Part shown: positions 31,674 to 41,943 of the stretch, piece after piece
How the letters are laid out: each line of letters starts with the position of its first letter
How positions within the stretch are numbered: position 1 is the stretch's first letter
DNA from: a virus
Taxonomy: Duplodnaviria > Caudoviricetes
Direction: 5' to 3' (one strand)
IMG/VR virus record: IMGVR_UViG_3300037507_002920
Coordinates: 1-64,000 of that record
Length of the DNA stretch: 64,000 nucleotides
Notes under the pieces: model-generated
What the model saw: the letters and a program-made list of their open reading frames with translations, nothing else
What the model was told of the DNA's origin: nothing
Databases searched by the model: none
Made by a program: the position numbers and the translations under genes

Positions 31674-33455
31674 TTAACGCTTTTTACCAAATAACCAAGA
31701 ATATTGTTTATAGTGCTCCTTTGTTGCGTTATTTTGATAAGGAGAGTTAATCAATTCTCCACTCGAAGTCATTGAACCAATTTGGTCAAATGCTGTACCG
31801 TAAGAATAAAAAGATTTATTGGGTTCATACGTTCTTTCAGACAATGTCCAAGATTCTAACATTGCTTTATTTGCGTTTTCGTTTTTCAGTAGTTGATTAA
31901 AACATGTGTCCCCAACATATATCGCCATTGACATACTAATAATCGAGTCGTCATGTGCTCCTTTCATATGGTCCGCCCTACCGTTAATATATACAAAAGT
32001 GTTTAATTCGTTCATTAGTCTTGTTGACCTGACTTGAAAACCTTTTCTTAAATGTTCTTCAAAAGCTGCGATTATTTGAGTTCTTTTATTATTGAAATTA
32101 ATACCGGGAATTTTATCCATTATTTTTTTATTATACTCCCAAATATTATTGGTATTCATCCCATCAATATATAAATTTTTATAGTTTAATTCTTGTAATT
32201 TTCTTGATGTCGCAACCCCCATTCCCCCCGTTATATCAATAACAACATAAGCTTCATACAAAGTTGCCCATTTGTAAACAATGGTGGCTAAGTCATCGGG
32301 TGGTATTTTTCCAACATATTCAAGGACTTGTTCTCTTTCATCAAAATCAATAATATTAATTGAAGAAAAATCTTCACTATCACCTCTACTAACATCAACA
32401 GCGGCGATGTATCTGTGACCTTGAACAGGTTCTGTCCATTGCCAAAGAGTACCTTGCATGTATTTTTCTTTAGGTTCTCTTATCATATTTTTTATGATGT
32501 TTTCTTGAACATCACTTGGTATAACACCATCACCTGAACCTAAAAAATCACACTCTAATTCTTGGGCAATTTTCCTTCTATCAAATTTAAATTTTTTGGA
32601 CATTCCTTCAAACCAACTTGAAAATGGTTTATACCCTTGTTCCAAATATTCATTATAGTTATCAATGTCGAAATCATTCATTACGACTTCATTGTCATCA
32701 TATAAACCTCTATTTGTCATGTAATGAACAATGTCATTACATTTAACCCATCTCAAATCTTTTGTATATCTTGGGTCTTTAAACCATCTTAAATCGGTAA
32801 TATGGAAATCATTTAAACCTCTGATAGATTGGTCATAGACACCATAATATATTGCATCATAACCATTAGGTGTTGAAATGAGTATAATCTTACCACCAGT
32901 TGAAAGAGATGCCATGGATGCGGCCCAAAAATCTTCACCGGCTTCGATGTATGCTGCCTCGTCAAAAATTAATATTGTTGGAGTATAACCTCTTAACGCA
33001 TCCGCGGATGTCGCAACGGCTTTAACTTCACATCCGTTGTTTAATCTAAATCTACTTTCTGAATTTTTGTCTGGTGAAAAACCAACATTAATCCAATCAG
33101 GCCATTGTTCAATAAATCCTCTAATTTTATTGGCCATTTCAACAGCGGTATCTTTTTTGTTTGCAATAATTAACACCCTATCTGGATTGTCTTTTTTTGC
33201 TGTTTGTAAACGTTTAGAAACCCATGCCGCTGTTACCGTAGTCACACCCGCTTGACGATATTTTCTTGTTATATTTTCATTGTACTTTTCGTAGTCATTT
33301 AATAATTGTACTTGGTCGGGAAACAATTCTAAGGGAACAAACCTTTTTTGTGTGTTATCATAAGTTTGTAAATATGTTTTTAAAGCATACGGAGTATCCT
33401 TAATAATTTTAGCATATTCTTTTAATTGTTCTATTTTTTGATTATTCATACTCAT
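31674..33455 (-). CDS. terminase large subunit (T4 gp17-like)
   Basis: KYRQAGVTT Walker A variant, LIFDEAA Walker B, ISTPNG, QELEC.F.GS, and nuclease motifs AVDVSRG / HDDSI. Confidence 0.95.
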   Translation of the reverse strand: MSMNNQKIEQLKEYAKIIKDTPYALKTYLQTYDNTQKRFVPLELFPDQVQLLNDYEKYNENITRKYRQAGVTTVTAAWVSKRLQTAKKDNPDRVLIIANKKDTAVEMANKIRGFIEQWPDWINVGFSPDKNSESRFRLNNGCEVKAVATSADALRGYTPTILIFDEAAYIEAGEDFWAASMASLSTGGKIILISTPNGYDAIYYGVYDQSIRGLNDFHITDLRWFKDPRYTKDLRWVKCNDIVHYMTNRGLYDDNEVVMNDFDIDNYNEYLEQGYKPFSSWFEGMSKKFKFDRRKIAQELECDFLGSGDGVIPSDVQENIIKNMIREPKEKYMQGTLWQWTEPVQGHRYIAAVDVSRGDSEDFSSINIIDFDEREQVLEYVGKIPPDDLATIVYKWATLYEAYVVIDITGGMGVATSRKLQELNYKNLYIDGMNTNNIWEYNKKIMDKIPGINFNNKRTQIIAAFEEHLRKGFQVRSTRLMNELNTFVYINGRADHMKGAHDDSIISMSMAIYVGDTCFNQLLKNENANKAMLESWTLSERTYEPNKSFYSYGTAFDQIGSMTSSGELINSPYQNNATKEHYKQYSWLFGKKR

Positions 33456-33461
33456 AAATAT

Positions 33462-33490
33462 AAAAAAAGGGGTATAAAACCCCTTTTATT
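33462..33490. terminator. intrinsic terminator
   Basis: AAAAAAGGGGT-ATAAA-ACCCCTTTT hairpin. Confidence 0.7.
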
Positions 33491-33511
33491 GTTTTCGTTA
33501 TTTGTCTTTAA

Positions 33512-34849
33512 TTAATCCTCTGACAATTTAATCCCCAAACTACCTAAAAAATCTTCTAAATCATCATCATCAGTGTTATCTGTAACATCATTTAAATCAT
33601 CATTAAATGAATCAATTGCGTCTTGATAATCTTGGTCTTTGAACATTTGGTCGATTCCATTCATTAATTCATTCATTAAGCGTTTACCATTTTCAGAACC
33701 TGAAAGAACTTCTTTCATAAACACTAAAAATGGTTTAGCGGGTAATTTAAAAATTGAAGTTAACAAATAGTTTTGTAATTCTACCTTATTTTCATCATTT
33801 AAAATGTCTTCAGGAAATTGATTTCTAACTCTATCCCAAATTGATGGACCTAATCTCAAATCCCATATTTCTTTTTCTAATGTATCTTCAGAAGATTCAA
33901 TTTCAGACCAAGATTCAATGTCCTCATTACCTTCATCATCTGTTGGTCTTCCTTGAATTGCGAATAATTCCAAAGTACCTTTAATTAATTCATGAACAAT
34001 AACCGGAAAGTTTATACCTCTAGCAACTATTGTTGGTGGGTCGGTTTCTCTTTTTACTTCTTCTTTACCCGCAACCATCCCTCCGCCGCCAGGTCTTCCC
34101 ATCATTTGTTTCATGAATTCATCACTCATTTGCCAATAGAAGGTATCGTTGATTGACATAAGAATACCATATTGGTTAATAATGTTGTCTGAACCAGTAA
34201 TTTCTCTAATCTTATCCGCAACATAATGATACATGTAATGACCTCTTTTCGACGCCCCTTGTATCATGTTATTAATTAACCTTCTTTTTGCTTTTTCCAT
34301 TGTCATTGATTCCAAATCAGTCATCAAATCTTTTTCAATATCAACTGGGTCAATATTTGGTTGTTGTTGTTGTATTTCACGATTGAAATCTTGGGTATTT
34401 ATTTCACCCATTCCAACAATCTTAACATCAAATTGTAACGCCCCTTCAGGTATTCCCATTTCTTTCATAACTAACTCAACAGCCAATCTTTCTAACGCCT
34501 CTCTATGTCGAGATTCGGTTCTAACAATATCATTATGTGCTGACATCATCATTTGAGTCAGTGGCCCAACATTTTGGTCACCTCTTAATGGGGTTTGAAT
34601 CCCCGTATATTCTCTAACTTTAGCAACTACATTTCTATATCTTTCAGAAGCCAGTAATTCTTGAAAATTTTTATTTGGTTCATTACCCGTTCTAGGAAAT
34701 GGAATTTTTTTTAACGGAGTGTCACCTTGAGATAATTTATCTTGTACTCCTTGATAAGGTCTATCTTCTGTATCAAAATCCATTGGCATTTCGTATAAAT
34801 TTTCATTTAATATACGCAACAAATCTTTTTTATAAAACTTAATTTTCAT
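33512..34849 (-). CDS. hypothetical protein (probable head-associated)
   Basis: 445-aa ORF; LLRILNE N-terminus. Confidence 0.6.
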   Translation of the reverse strand: MKIKFYKKDLLRILNENLYEMPMDFDTEDRPYQGVQDKLSQGDTPLKKIPFPRTGNEPNKNFQELLASERYRNVVAKVREYTGIQTPLRGDQNVGPLTQMMMSAHNDIVRTESRHREALERLAVELVMKEMGIPEGALQFDVKIVGMGEINTQDFNREIQQQQPNIDPVDIEKDLMTDLESMTMEKAKRRLINNMIQGASKRGHYMYHYVADKIREITGSDNIINQYGILMSINDTFYWQMSDEFMKQMMGRPGGGGMVAGKEEVKRETDPPTIVARGINFPVIVHELIKGTLELFAIQGRPTDDEGNEDIESWSEIESSEDTLEKEIWDLRLGPSIWDRVRNQFPEDILNDENKVELQNYLLTSIFKLPAKPFLVFMKEVLSGSENGKRLMNELMNGIDQMFKDQDYQDAIDSFNDDLNDVTDNTDDDDLEDFLGSLGIKLSED

Positions 34850-34875
34850 AATTATTTATATTTTTGGTTTGGTAT

Positions 34876-35973
34876 TTAGACAGTAACGTTATAAGGTTCT
34901 TTTTTACTGTTAGAAGGTTCAACATAAAAAAATAATTTAGGAAACTTATCTTGTAAATTACTAACTCTTTCTTCTGCTTCTTTTTCAGTATCATAATATC
35001 CATGCCATCCTATGTTACCATAACCCCCATCTTCTAATACGTGATAATACATTTTTGAAGTTTTTGGTCTTACTGGTGATTCCTTTTCTTTTTCAAATAA
35101 TGCTTTAGGTTTAGGGTTCGTACCGGGACCTGGTTGATATGGTGTTTTTGGTCTTTCTTTTGGTTTTACCGGTGTTTTTGGTTTTACAGGTGCCTCTTTT
35201 TCTTTTTCGAATAATGCTTTAGGTTTAGGGTTTACACCAGGACCTGGTTGATATGGTGTTTTTGGTCTTGGTCTTTCTTCTGGTTTTGTTGGTGTATCGG
35301 GAATAACATCAGGTTGAGAAGGATTAGGTGCGGGAGATGGTTGATTTCCAACAATTGCATCATATGTCATAAATTCTGGTACATCATTGTGACCTTTTTT
35401 TGCTTTTGAAATTGGCATTGGTTGAAATGTTTCCATTTTTTCATTTATGATTTTCATGATATCATTTTTAGATGTAAAGTGAGTATACTTCGATTCCGCT
35501 AAATCTAATACCCATTCTTCAATTTCATGATTATTTTCATTTATCTTTTCTTTCCATCCTTGTTTTGCTCTAATCGCAAATTTTAATTCCGCTTCTTGGT
35601 CTATTATCTTTTTTGGTACTTTTTTACCCTCGTCTTGATATTTTTTACTTTTTTCTTTTAACTTATTAAGTTCGGTTTTTAACTCTTTTACTGTTTTATC
35701 CGCGTGTTCGCCAGTTTTTTTAATTTTAACATCACCATCCCATTTTTCATTAACATCTTCATGTTTTGATTCATATGTTTCGATGGTTTTGTTTCCCTTT
35801 TTTGCAATCGCAACTTTTTGTTGAAATTGAGGGTCTTTTTTTGATATCATTACATCTTCTTCTTTTAATATCGTAGTAGATAATAAAGCAAGTTGTTTAT
35901 CATTAAAACTAACAAGTGTTTTTTCTGAAAAACCTTCTTTTAACAGTTTTTCAATTATTACTTTTCTATTCAT
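34876..35973 (-). CDS. hypothetical protein with duplicated Pro/Lys-rich repeat
   Basis: RPKTPYQPGPG.NPKPKALFEKEKE.PV.PKT occurs twice (about 120-bp period). Confidence 0.6.
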   Translation of the reverse strand: MNRKVIIEKLLKEGFSEKTLVSFNDKQLALLSTTILKEEDVMISKKDPQFQQKVAIAKKGNKTIETYESKHEDVNEKWDGDVKIKKTGEHADKTVKELKTELNKLKEKSKKYQDEGKKVPKKIIDQEAELKFAIRAKQGWKEKINENNHEIEEWVLDLAESKYTHFTSKNDIMKIINEKMETFQPMPISKAKKGHNDVPEFMTYDAIVGNQPSPAPNPSQPDVIPDTPTKPEERPRPKTPYQPGPGVNPKPKALFEKEKEAPVKPKTPVKPKERPKTPYQPGPGTNPKPKALFEKEKESPVRPKTSKMYYHVLEDGGYGNIGWHGYYDTEKEAEERVSNLQDKFPKLFFYVEPSNSKKEPYNVTV

Positions 35974-36364
35974 TATATTTTAATTTTTTATTTTCTAATT
36001 TTATTCCTCTTTGTTTTAATTTATTTACAATAACTTCATAGGTTTCTCCAAACCTAAAAAATAATCTTTCCGTATCGGAATCGAAATTTGATTTCTCCCA
36101 TGCCATTGCAACAATACCATCGACAGCATCGATAATACCAAAATAATCAGAATTTTGTATTAATTCAAAAACAATATCTGTATCTTTTAATAAACCAACT
36201 TGGTCAATATATTCAACATTTGGTGATTTAGATGTATATGTCGAAGAAGCGGGAACGTCAAACCAAACATCCATATCAATTTCATCAGAAAAACTAAATA
36301 TGAATTCATATTGTTTTTGACCCTTATAGTCTGTCCCTATTTCATTGACATAAATGAGTCTCAT
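35966..36364 (-). CDS. hypothetical protein
   Basis: 132-aa ORF coupled to its neighbours. Confidence 0.6.
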   Translation of the reverse strand: MRLIYVNEIGTDYKGQKQYEFIFSFSDEIDMDVWFDVPASSTYTSKSPNVEYIDQVGLLKDTDIVFELIQNSDYFGIIDAVDGIVAMAWEKSNFDSDTERLFFRFGETYEVIVNKLKQRGIKLENKKLKYNE

Positions 36365-36365
36365 T

Positions 36366-37376
36366 TTATTTGAAATATTTACCTAAAGTCTCAGCAATAC
36401 TTTTGTTTATTTCACTTTTAATTTCATCTAAATCGATTTCTTTTAAATCTTCTTCATTTGTACCCTTTCCTAAATCGGCATATTTTGACAAGTCAACTTC
36501 ATCCGTTTCAATTGGTTTATTAATAAAAGATTCTAATTTATCAATACCAAACATTTCACCCAAATCTTCATCACCTGTTGGTTCCTCGGGAACCGTTTCG
36601 TCTTCTGCGGGTAAAGTATCGTCACCCATCTCATCGCTCATTGTTGCGTCATCTTCAACCTCTCTATCAAATTTCCCACCAATCTCTTCAATATCTTCAT
36701 CATCAAGTTTATCTAAATCAACAGCGGATATAATCATATTTAACACATATTTTATATCATCACTTTCCATTTTTTCTTTTTGGTCTCTTAGTTCTTGACC
36801 TAACTTACCTGCGAATTTTTGAATTTCAGCCATATAATCTGATGGTTTTGGCGTACCTTCTGCACCCATTTCACCTTCAGGTGCTGGTGGTAAATCAGCA
36901 CCCATTTCACCTTCAGGTGCTGGTGGTAAATCAGCACCCATTTCACCTTCAGGTGCTGGTGGTAAATCTGCACCCATATCGGCATCAGGTGCCGGTGGTA
37001 ATGTTGATTCTGTTGGTTTTTGTTTTAAAACATATTTTGTTGCTTCATTTAATTCAGCACCACTCAATAACTGTAATCTTTTAAGTGCTTCTGCATATGA
37101 ATTAAATCTATTTTTATTTTTCATAAAAAGTCCACCAATATAATCTAATGAACTTTCATTTAAACCTTTTTTTACATAAAATCCATCTTTTTCTTTTACA
37201 ATACCAAATTTAAATCCATTAATAGATTCAGACAGATATTCTGTCTTCATTGTAGAAGAATTGGATTCAGTAATAGTTTTATTTTTAGTTTCACCGTAGT
37301 ATGTTAACTCAAGGATTCTTTTTAATTTTTCATCCGCTTTAAGTTTTTCACTACCTAATGGTTTTAAATCTGCCAT
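36366..37376 (-). CDS. acidic hypothetical protein with 36-bp repeats (GADLPPAPEGEM x3)
   Basis: 336-aa ORF; repeats at about 36860-36990; TATTTAT upstream. Confidence 0.65.
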   Translation of the reverse strand: MADLKPLGSEKLKADEKLKRILELTYYGETKNKTITESNSSTMKTEYLSESINGFKFGIVKEKDGFYVKKGLNESSLDYIGGLFMKNKNRFNSYAEALKRLQLLSGAELNEATKYVLKQKPTESTLPPAPDADMGADLPPAPEGEMGADLPPAPEGEMGADLPPAPEGEMGAEGTPKPSDYMAEIQKFAGKLGQELRDQKEKMESDDIKYVLNMIISAVDLDKLDDEDIEEIGGKFDREVEDDATMSDEMGDDTLPAEDETVPEEPTGDEDLGEMFGIDKLESFINKPIETDEVDLSKYADLGKGTNEEDLKEIDLDEIKSEINKSIAETLGKYFK

Positions 37377-37452
37377 TTTTTTATAAATTAATAAATATTA
37401 TTATTATTTGTTTTATAATAAATACACACATATAGTAAAAAAATTGATTTTA

Positions 37453-38223
37453 TTATTGTGGTAAAGACAATTTTTTACTTGTTATCGTTGTTTTAGCCTT
37501 AAAAAGTTTTTCAATATACCCATTTCTTCTTAATAATTTAAATGTTAAATTTTCATAAGAATACTCACCGCCACTTTCTAAGCCAGATTGTCTAAATTTT
37601 TTTATCTTTTCCTTTAAATCATTGATTTCTTTTATAACATCTTCTCCCTTTTTTGCTCTACTGATTAAATCATCAATTAATTTAACATATTCTTCAGACT
37701 TGTGTAATATTTTTTTCTCATCAATAAATGAATTATTTTTTTCTGGTTTTATTACCCATTCATTGTTTAATATTGAATACACTCCCGTGGAAACGCCCTT
37801 ATCATCAATATCTTGGACATAAAGTTCCACATCGTGACCCTTTACTTTGATATCATTTGTCGATGACCAAAGTTTTTTCTTTAATTCAAAAAACTCTTTA
37901 ACTATATCATTATATGTTGTGGTATTTTCTTTACCATTGCTAAATTCATCTAAATCAACTATAATGTGTATATCTAAATCAGAATAAGATGACCAATTAT
38001 AATTGGCCAATGACCCTGTTAATTGGATATCATAAATGAAAAAATCAATACCTAAATAATTTAAAAATTCATTGGTTATCTCCAATAATTTAATTCTTAT
38101 TTCTTCCTTTAACGATGGTACATTTTTTAAATCAAATATTTTATTGCACAATGAACTCTTTGGTGTAAATGATTTTACAATTTTCTTATCAGATTTTTCT
38201 AAAAGTTCATCAATTAAGCTCAT
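37453..38223 (-). CDS. Pol-beta-superfamily nucleotidyltransferase
   Basis: LTGSLANYNWSSYSDLDIH (GS...DxD) and VELYVQD. Confidence 0.75.
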   Translation of the reverse strand: MSLIDELLEKSDKKIVKSFTPKSSLCNKIFDLKNVPSLKEEIRIKLLEITNEFLNYLGIDFFIYDIQLTGSLANYNWSSYSDLDIHIIVDLDEFSNGKENTTTYNDIVKEFFELKKKLWSSTNDIKVKGHDVELYVQDIDDKGVSTGVYSILNNEWVIKPEKNNSFIDEKKILHKSEEYVKLIDDLISRAKKGEDVIKEINDLKEKIKKFRQSGLESGGEYSYENLTFKLLRRNGYIEKLFKAKTTITSKKLSLPQ

Positions 38224-38465
38224 TTTACTTTTTTATATTTGTATATCTTTGATATGTTTGCATTAAAATATTTACCTTGGGATTCCGCCATACGTAATTT
38301 AACAAAGGTTTCCCATGGTACATTCTCATATTCATAAATAGCACCATTATTAAATTCCACAAAAAGACAATTATCTTCCGTATTATATTTTGCACTTTTT
38401 AAATTAGACGAGGAAATTTCAACCTCAATAATTTTTCCTTGGATTTTTTCTGATATAATTGACAT
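38220..38465 (-). CDS. KTSC domain protein
   Basis: SSNLKSAKY...LFVEFNNGAIYEYENVP......AESQGKYFNANI. Confidence 0.88.
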   Translation of the reverse strand: MSIISEKIQGKIIEVEISSSNLKSAKYNTEDNCLFVEFNNGAIYEYENVPWETFVKLRMAESQGKYFNANISKIYKYKKVK

Positions 38466-38466
38466 A

Positions 38467-38820
38467 TTAATTGTTGTATTTTACTATTCTTAATTTTAAT
38501 TTTTTAATTTTTGATTCATTTATCATGTGTAGTGTACCCTTACTTTTACCATCCCAAAAAGCAATTAAAGCATCAGCATAGTTAGACATCTCAACATTTC
38601 TTTTAAAACCTGCGGATTTACCGTATTTATCCCAATCAGCGGGAAATTTTTTTAATAAATATCCTTTTTCATTTGCATATTTTTCTCCAAGTTTATCTGC
38701 ACCATTTGCGGTTCCACTTACAATTTCAATTTCAATATGGTTTTGAAGAAAAAAATCACATTTTTCTTTTAATAAAGAATAATCATTAAAATCACGACCA
38801 CCAGCAATAATTACTTTCAT
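38467..38820 (-). CDS. SLOG-superfamily (YspA/DUF2493-like) protein
   Basis: MKVIIAGGRDF, VSGTANGAD, ADWDKYGKSAGFKRN and AFWDGKSKGT motifs. Confidence 0.82.
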   Translation of the reverse strand: MKVIIAGGRDFNDYSLLKEKCDFFLQNHIEIEIVSGTANGADKLGEKYANEKGYLLKKFPADWDKYGKSAGFKRNVEMSNYADALIAFWDGKSKGTLHMINESKIKKLKLRIVKYNN

Positions 38821-38850
38821 ATGCATAATATATGAAATAAATATCAAATA

Positions 38851-38876
38851 AAAAACCCCGATTTCTCGGGGTTATT
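38851..38876 (-). terminator. intrinsic terminator after hsp20
   Basis: AAAAACCCCGA-TTTC-TCGGGGTT hairpin. Confidence 0.7.
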
Positions 38877-38878
38877 AT

Positions 38879-39250
38879 TTAATTTAATGAAATAAATCGT
38901 TCAAAAGATTTTTTCTTATTTCTTGGAAGAATAATTTCTAAAACACCATTTTCAACTTTTCCTGAAATATCCTTATCGGATACATCTTCTGGAATTAAAT
39001 AGGTTTTTCTAAAGGAACCAACAAAAGAATAACCTTTGTTGTTTGATTCTTCCTTTTTATAAGAGATGGAAATATGTCCATCTTTAACCGAAATAGTCAA
39101 ATCATTTTTTGTTAATCCCGGTACAGAAAGATATATTTTATAATCATCATCTTTTGTGACGATTTTAGTTTGACCATCCTTTATGTAGGATGGGGTTTCA
39201 AAAAATGTATCTAATACATCTTTGAACGAGTCTCTATAAAGTGTTAACAT
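38879..39250 (-). CDS. small heat-shock protein (Hsp20)
   Basis: SVPGLTKNDL, GSFRKTYLIP, ENGVLEIILP. Confidence 0.9.
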   Translation of the reverse strand: MLTLYRDSFKDVLDTFFETPSYIKDGQTKIVTKDDDYKIYLSVPGLTKNDLTISVKDGHISISYKKEESNNKGYSFVGSFRKTYLIPEDVSDKDISGKVENGVLEIILPRNKKKSFERFISLN

Positions 39251-39400
39251 AGTATATTTTTTTTATTTGATAATTTATCATCAAATTATACGCCATTTAT
39301 TAAAAATTGACAAATTGTCATGTTTTTTTTAAATTTAAAGTTATTTTGTCATGTATTTGTTTTTTCTTATGAAATTTCGTATATTTGTAAAAAAAAGTAT

Positions 39401-41419
39401 ATGTCAGTTGATTTTTTCGAAGAAGGGAATAACTCAAATCCTAAAAAAACAAAAAAGGGTTCAACAACTCCAATCCTTGATAATTTTTCAAGAGATTTAA
39501 ATAAATTAGCAGAAGAGGGTAAAATTGACCCAGTAGTTGGTAGAGAAAAAGAGGTTAAAAGAATTGCACAAATTTTGGCTCGAAAGAAAAAAAATAACGC
39601 GATAATTGTTGGTGATGCTGGTGTTGGTAAATCCGCATTGATTGAGAAATTAGCACTACAAATAGTTAATGGTGATTGTCCAACTAATCTAATAGATAAA
39701 AAATTATTATCTTTAGATTTAACTTCATTGGTTGCCGGTACAAAATACAGAGGACAATTTGAAGAAAGAATTAAAGCAATTTTAAATGAATTACAAAACG
39801 AACCGAATGTAATATTGTTTATTGATGAAATGCACACAATCGTTGGCGCGGGTAATGCAAGTGGTTCGATGGATGTCGCTAATATATTAAAACCAGCGTT
39901 GGCTAGAGGAGAAATTCAGTGTATTGGTGCAACAACATTTGATGAATACAAAAAGAATATTGAAAAAGACGGAGCGTTAGTCAGAAGATTTCAAAAAATA
40001 ATCTTAAAAGAACCTTCACCAGACGAAACTGTTCAAATTTTAAAAAATTTAAGAAATTCATATCAAGATTTTCATAAAGTTTATTACAGTGATGAAGTTT
40101 TATCAACCATTGTCACGTTATCTTCAAAATACATAACAGATAGACAATTTCCTGATAAAGCAATTGATGTTTTAGATGAATTGGGTTCAGATAAAAAAAT
40201 CAACACTAAAATACCCGAATCAATTGAAAAATTGAAAAAAGAATCGGATGAATTAAGACTCAAAAAAATACAAGTTGTAAAAAATCAACAATATGAACAG
40301 GCGGCTAAATTAAGAGACGAAGAAAAGAAAATTTTAACAAAACTACAAGAAGAAAAAAATAAATGGTTAGATACACAAAAAGATAGTAAAATACCAATAT
40401 CTGTAGATGATGTTTACGAAATGGTTTCTCAAATTGTTGGTGTACCAATTTCCAAAGTAGATGTTGTTGAAACCGATAATCTTTTAAATTTAGAAGAAAA
40501 ATTAAAATCAAAAGTTATTGGACAAGACGAAGCGATTTCTATTATTTCAAAATCAATAAGAAGAAACAGGGTTGGGATTAAAGACACAAATAAACCAATT
40601 GGTTCGTTTATCTTTTTAGGTTCAACAGGTGTTGGTAAAACTTATTTAGCAAAATCAATTGCGGAAATATTATTTAACGACCCGAATAAAGTTATTCGAG
40701 TTGATATGAGTGAATATATGGAAAAACATAATGTTGCTAAATTGATAGGAGCACCACCGGGCTATGTTGGATATGATGAGGGTGGACAATTAACAGAAAA
40801 AATTAAAAATAACCCATTTTCTGTTGTTCTTTTTGACGAAATAGAAAAGGCACACAAAGATGTTTTTAATATTTTGTTACAAATCTTGGATGAAGGTCAC
40901 CTTACAGATTCTTTTGGAAGAAAAGTTAGTTTTTCAAATGCCATAATAATTATGACATCTAACATTGGGGCAAAAAAAGTATCTGATTTTGGGAAGGGCG
41001 TTGGTTTTGAAACTTCTTTTAGTGATAATCAGAACACAGAGATTAAAAAATCAATAGTTCAAAAATCATTAAAACAATATTTTAATCCTGAATTTTTAAA
41101 TAGGGTTGATGATATAATTAGTTTTAATCCTCTTGTAAAAGAAAGTATTGATAAAATTATTAACCTTGAATTAGAAAAACTCAAAAAGAGATTAGAACTA
41201 AAAAAATATAAAATTTCATTTGACGCTTCTATTACTAATAGAATATCTGAATTAAATACACAAGAAGAATTTGGTGCAAGACCAGTAAAAAGAATCATAC
41301 AAAACTTGTGTGAAGATTTTTTAAGTGAAATGATATTGAGAGGTGAAATTTTAGAAAATCAAAACATTTTATTGAAATTTAAAGATGGTGAAATAAAAAT
41401 AACAAAAAAGAGAGTATAA
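39401..41419 (+). CDS. clpC: ClpC-type AAA+ unfoldase lacking the N-terminal Clp-repeat domain
   Basis: two Walker A motifs (GDAGVGKS, GSTGVGKT), GAPPGYVGY, UVR-like middle domain (QQYEQAAKLRD) and a VGF loop; start at ATG 39401 after a TATATTTG motif. Confidence 0.88.
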   Translation: MSVDFFEEGNNSNPKKTKKGSTTPILDNFSRDLNKLAEEGKIDPVVGREKEVKRIAQILARKKKNNAIIVGDAGVGKSALIEKLALQIVNGDCPTNLIDKKLLSLDLTSLVAGTKYRGQFEERIKAILNELQNEPNVILFIDEMHTIVGAGNASGSMDVANILKPALARGEIQCIGATTFDEYKKNIEKDGALVRRFQKIILKEPSPDETVQILKNLRNSYQDFHKVYYSDEVLSTIVTLSSKYITDRQFPDKAIDVLDELGSDKKINTKIPESIEKLKKESDELRLKKIQVVKNQQYEQAAKLRDEEKKILTKLQEEKNKWLDTQKDSKIPISVDDVYEMVSQIVGVPISKVDVVETDNLLNLEEKLKSKVIGQDEAISIISKSIRRNRVGIKDTNKPIGSFIFLGSTGVGKTYLAKSIAEILFNDPNKVIRVDMSEYMEKHNVAKLIGAPPGYVGYDEGGQLTEKIKNNPFSVVLFDEIEKAHKDVFNILLQILDEGHLTDSFGRKVSFSNAIIIMTSNIGAKKVSDFGKGVGFETSFSDNQNTEIKKSIVQKSLKQYFNPEFLNRVDDIISFNPLVKESIDKIINLELEKLKKRLELKKYKISFDASITNRISELNTQEEFGARPVKRIIQNLCEDFLSEMILRGEILENQNILLKFKDGEIKITKKRV

Positions 41420-41460
41420 ATACCTTTACTTTTTGTAAAAGTATATATATTTATATATCA

Positions 41461-41553
41461 AATAGGAAATCTTTGCCGATTCCTCTCGTTTTAGTTAGTG
41501 GTGTTGAAACCACAAATGACCGCAACCCCCAACTCACCGTTGGGGGTTTTTTT
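41461..41553 (+). ncRNA. candidate small RNA 'A' (about 90 nt)
   Basis: TATTTAT at 41448; hairpins AGGAAAT-CTTTGCCG-ATTCCT and GTGGT-GTTGAA-ACCAC; ends in terminator CCCCCAAC-TCACC-GTTGGGGG-T7. Confidence 0.5.
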
Positions 41554-41595
41554 ATTGTGTTTTTTTTTCGTATATTTAAATTAAAAGACAAGATA

Positions 41596-41943
41596 ATGTA
41601 TCAAGATAAACCAAAAGACACTATTATAAAAAAATTGGTAATTAATGAGTCATACAAAGACTTTCCCGAATTTTATCGAAAAAATAAAGAAGAGATATAT
41701 AAAAACATTGTTCTGTCATTTAAAAGTATAAATAGAAAAGACAAACAAAACGTTGTTTTATATTTACACGCAAAAATTAATGGGCTACAATGGGAAACAA
41801 ATTTAAAATTTAATAAAAAAGAATGTTTTGTGTTGGTTAGAGACATATTACCCTTTTTTGAGGAAAAAGAAGAATATGAATATTGTGGTGTAATTGTAAA
41901 TTTATATAATAAATTAAATTCAAATCTTCAATTAGAAGAATGA
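41596..41943 (+). CDS. hypothetical protein with C-terminal UVR-like motif
   Basis: ATG 41596 after CGTATATTTA; FFEEKEEYEYCGVI resembles the UVR E-[DE]-YE motif. Confidence 0.55.
   Translation: MYQDKPKDTIIKKLVINESYKDFPEFYRKNKEEIYKNIVLSFKSINRKDKQNVVLYLHAKINGLQWETNLKFNKKECFVLVRDILPFFEEKEEYEYCGVIVNLYNKLNSNLQLEE

Noticed and set aside
31674-33455. Intein or intron in terminase, portal or capsid genes
   Set aside because: ORFs are uninterrupted, of normal length, and show no intein terminal motifs
39320-39400. Upstream extensions of clpC (39320), the GT (9401), ORF 18622, ORF 38847 and ORF 53417
   Set aside because: They overlap promoter motifs or upstream genes and encode low-quality sequence; downstream ATGs fit better
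41473-41595. TTG-started N-terminal extension of ORF 41473..41943
   Set aside because: It crosses a strong terminator and a promoter motif; ATG 41596 is the better start
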